Source of the DNA: Spirochaetaceae bacterium
Lineage (GTDB): Bacteria; Spirochaetota; Spirochaetia; DSM-2461
DNA: 64,000 bases
Assembly: GCA_051531975.1 (NCBI GenBank)
Contig: JAOPTT010000009.1
Coordinates: 192,001-256,000 of the forward strand
Direction: 5' to 3'
Below the pieces are notes generated by a model. That model was given only the letters and a program-made list of their open reading frames with translations, had not been told where the DNA came from and did no database searches. The position numbers and the translations under genes were made by a program. Below, in pieces: positions 62,172-64,000 of this stretch (its first letter is position 1; every line of letters starts with the position of its first letter).

Positions 62172-63497
62172 ATGAAATCCAAGATTAAAATAACATTTGT
62201 AGGTGCAGGAAGCACAATATTTTTAAAGAACTTATTAGGTGATTCATTTTTATATGAGAGTCTAAAAGATTCAGAAATTGCACTTTACGATATTGATAAT
62301 GAGAGACTTGAAGAGTCCCGATTAGTTCTAGAATCTATGAACAACACTATTAACGACGGTAGAGCGACAGTTTTTACATATTTAGGTGTAAAACAGCGTA
62401 AAGATGCGCTAAAAGATGCAAACTTTGTATTTAATGCAATACAGGTTGGAGGTTATGAGCCAGCAACAATAGTAGATTTTGATATTCCTAAAAAATATGG
62501 ATTAAGACAAACAATAGGGGACACAGTAGGTATTGGTGGAATATTTAGGGGTTTAAGAACAATCCCTGTTGTTATCGATATTGTAAAAGATATGGAAGTT
62601 GTTTGCCCAGATGCACTGTTTTTAAATTATACAAATCCTATGGCTATGGTAACAGGTGCAATTCAGAGGGTTTCAAATATTAAATCAGTTGGACTTTGTC
62701 ACTCAGTTCAAGTTTGCGCTCCAGATTTATTAAAATCTTTAGATATGGAAGTTAAAGATCTTAGATGGCATGTTGCAGGTATTAACCATATGGCATGGTT
62801 ATTAGAAGTACGAGACGGGGATGAAGATCTCTACCCTGAAATTAAGAAAAGAGCAGCAGCTAAAAATAGTTCTGGTAAACACGATGACATGATTCGGTTT
62901 CAGATGATGAAATATTTTGGTTATTACATTGCTGAGTCCTCGGAGCATTTCTCTGAATATACTCCATATTGGATTAGACGAGACTCTCCAGAATTAATAG
63001 AGAACTTCAATATTCCATTGGATGAATACCCAAGACGATGTATTGAACAGATCGATGACTGGAACAGACGTAAAGATGACATTATTAGTGGAAAAGGTTT
63101 AGTCCACGAAAAAACAAAAGAGTACGGTGCAGATATTATGAATGCAGTAGTTACTGATATACCAATATGTATTCATGGAAATATGATAAATAGAGCAGGT
63201 TATATTTCAAATCTAATAACTGATGCCATTGTTGAAATCCCATGTATGATCGATGGAAATGGTGTTAATGGTGTTTTTGTAGGAGCCCTTCCTACCCAGT
63301 GTGCTGCCTTAAACTCAACAAATATAAGCGTACAGTTAATGACTATAGAGGCAGCTTTAACCCAGAGTAAAGATGCTGTTTATAGAGCGGCAATGTTAGA
63401 TCCCCATACATCTCAGGATCTACCAATAGAAAAAATAACCCAGATGTGCGACGAACTTTTGGAAGCCCATAAACAGTGGTTACCAGAGTATAAATAA
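62172..63497 (+). CDS. melA: GH4 NAD+-dependent alpha-galactosidase
   Basis: KITFVGAGSTIF, QTIGDT.GIGG, NYTNPM, GLCHSVQ, GINHMAW, ESSEH. Confidence 0.9.
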   Translation: MKSKIKITFVGAGSTIFLKNLLGDSFLYESLKDSEIALYDIDNERLEESRLVLESMNNTINDGRATVFTYLGVKQRKDALKDANFVFNAIQVGGYEPATIVDFDIPKKYGLRQTIGDTVGIGGIFRGLRTIPVVIDIVKDMEVVCPDALFLNYTNPMAMVTGAIQRVSNIKSVGLCHSVQVCAPDLLKSLDMEVKDLRWHVAGINHMAWLLEVRDGDEDLYPEIKKRAAAKNSSGKHDDMIRFQMMKYFGYYIAESSEHFSEYTPYWIRRDSPELIENFNIPLDEYPRRCIEQIDDWNRRKDDIISGKGLVHEKTKEYGADIMNAVVTDIPICIHGNMINRAGYISNLITDAIVEIPCMIDGNGVNGVFVGALPTQCAALNSTNISVQLMTIEAALTQSKDAVYRAAMLDPHTSQDLPIEKITQMCDELLEAHKQWLPEYK

Positions 63498-63550
63498 GTA
63501 ATCTACTTTGTGGTATCAAGCTACAAAGAGGTAAATAAGAGGAGATTTTT

Positions 63551-64000
63551 ATGAAGTCAATTTTAAAAGCACTTACAGTGTGCGCTCTATTAATTGCATC
63601 GGCATCAATATTTGCAGGTGGAAATAAAGAGGAAGCAGCTCAACAACCAACTACTCCAGAAAAAGTAGTTTTAACTTGGTGGACATGGTCACTACCTACT
63701 GTTGAGGATTTTGTCGTTATTAAAGCGGGATTTGAAGCTAAATACCCAAATATCGAACTACAATCTAGTGTAAACCAGATGGATGATTACAAAACTAAAT
63801 TACAGGCAGAGTTCTCTTCCGGTGCTGGACCAGATATTTTATGTGTTCAACCAGGTTCTTTGTTAAATAAATATAAGCCATTCCTATTAGACTTAACTGG
63901 ACCAGCTGCATCTACTTTAGATCAGTTAGTACCTGCAGTTGTTGCAGATGCTAAGTTCAGATCAGGTGGTGATAAAACTTTGATGGCACCACTAGGTTCT
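63551..64000 (+). CDS. Carbohydrate ABC solute-binding protein (partial, runs off the window)
   Basis: SD GAGGAG; MKSILK...IFAGGNKE; FEAKYPNI; GAGPDI. Confidence 0.85.
   Translation, partial: MKSILKALTVCALLIASASIFAGGNKEEAAQQPTTPEKVVLTWWTWSLPTVEDFVVIKAGFEAKYPNIELQSSVNQMDDYKTKLQAEFSSGAGPDILCVQPGSLLNKYKPFLLDLTGPAASTLDQLVPAVVADAKFRSGGDKTLMAPLGS

Overview
AT-rich bacterial window, probably from a free-living spirochaete (Spirochaetaceae-like). That assignment is inferred from three solute-binding proteins with the 'vFAxGxxE'-type N-terminus plus an RND/TolC system. Bases 1-26 kb form a carbohydrate-utilisation island: a membrane-anchored sulfatase, a transmembrane AraC regulator, duplicated sugar-binding proteins with two permeases, a 1276-aa GH89 + ROK kinase + MurQ-etherase-like triple fusion, a GH151-like fucosidase, two URO-D/MtaA-like proteins and a SIS/TIM-barrel/oxidoreductase operon. 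Five of these units are each paired with their own divergent AraC gene. At 26-28.5 kb a hipBA toxin-antitoxin module with four operator repeats is bracketed by a ~150-bp imperfect inverted repeat, and each copy looks like a small-RNA gene (ECF-type promoter, anti-Shine-Dalgarno seed, terminator). The rest holds MFS and RND efflux genes, an IclR + ALDH/ribose-type ABC operon, two gene remnants, a GH43-like protein, a 1943-aa hybrid kinase, an AfuABC-like transporter + two-component system + rapZ cluster, and melA with LacI-type operators. No rRNA, tRNA, CRISPR array or transposase was seen. The best novelty candidates are the GH89-ROK-MurQ fusion with its A8 junction and the twin sRNA-like inverted repeats around hipBA. 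All calls come from reading the sequence; no database searches were run.
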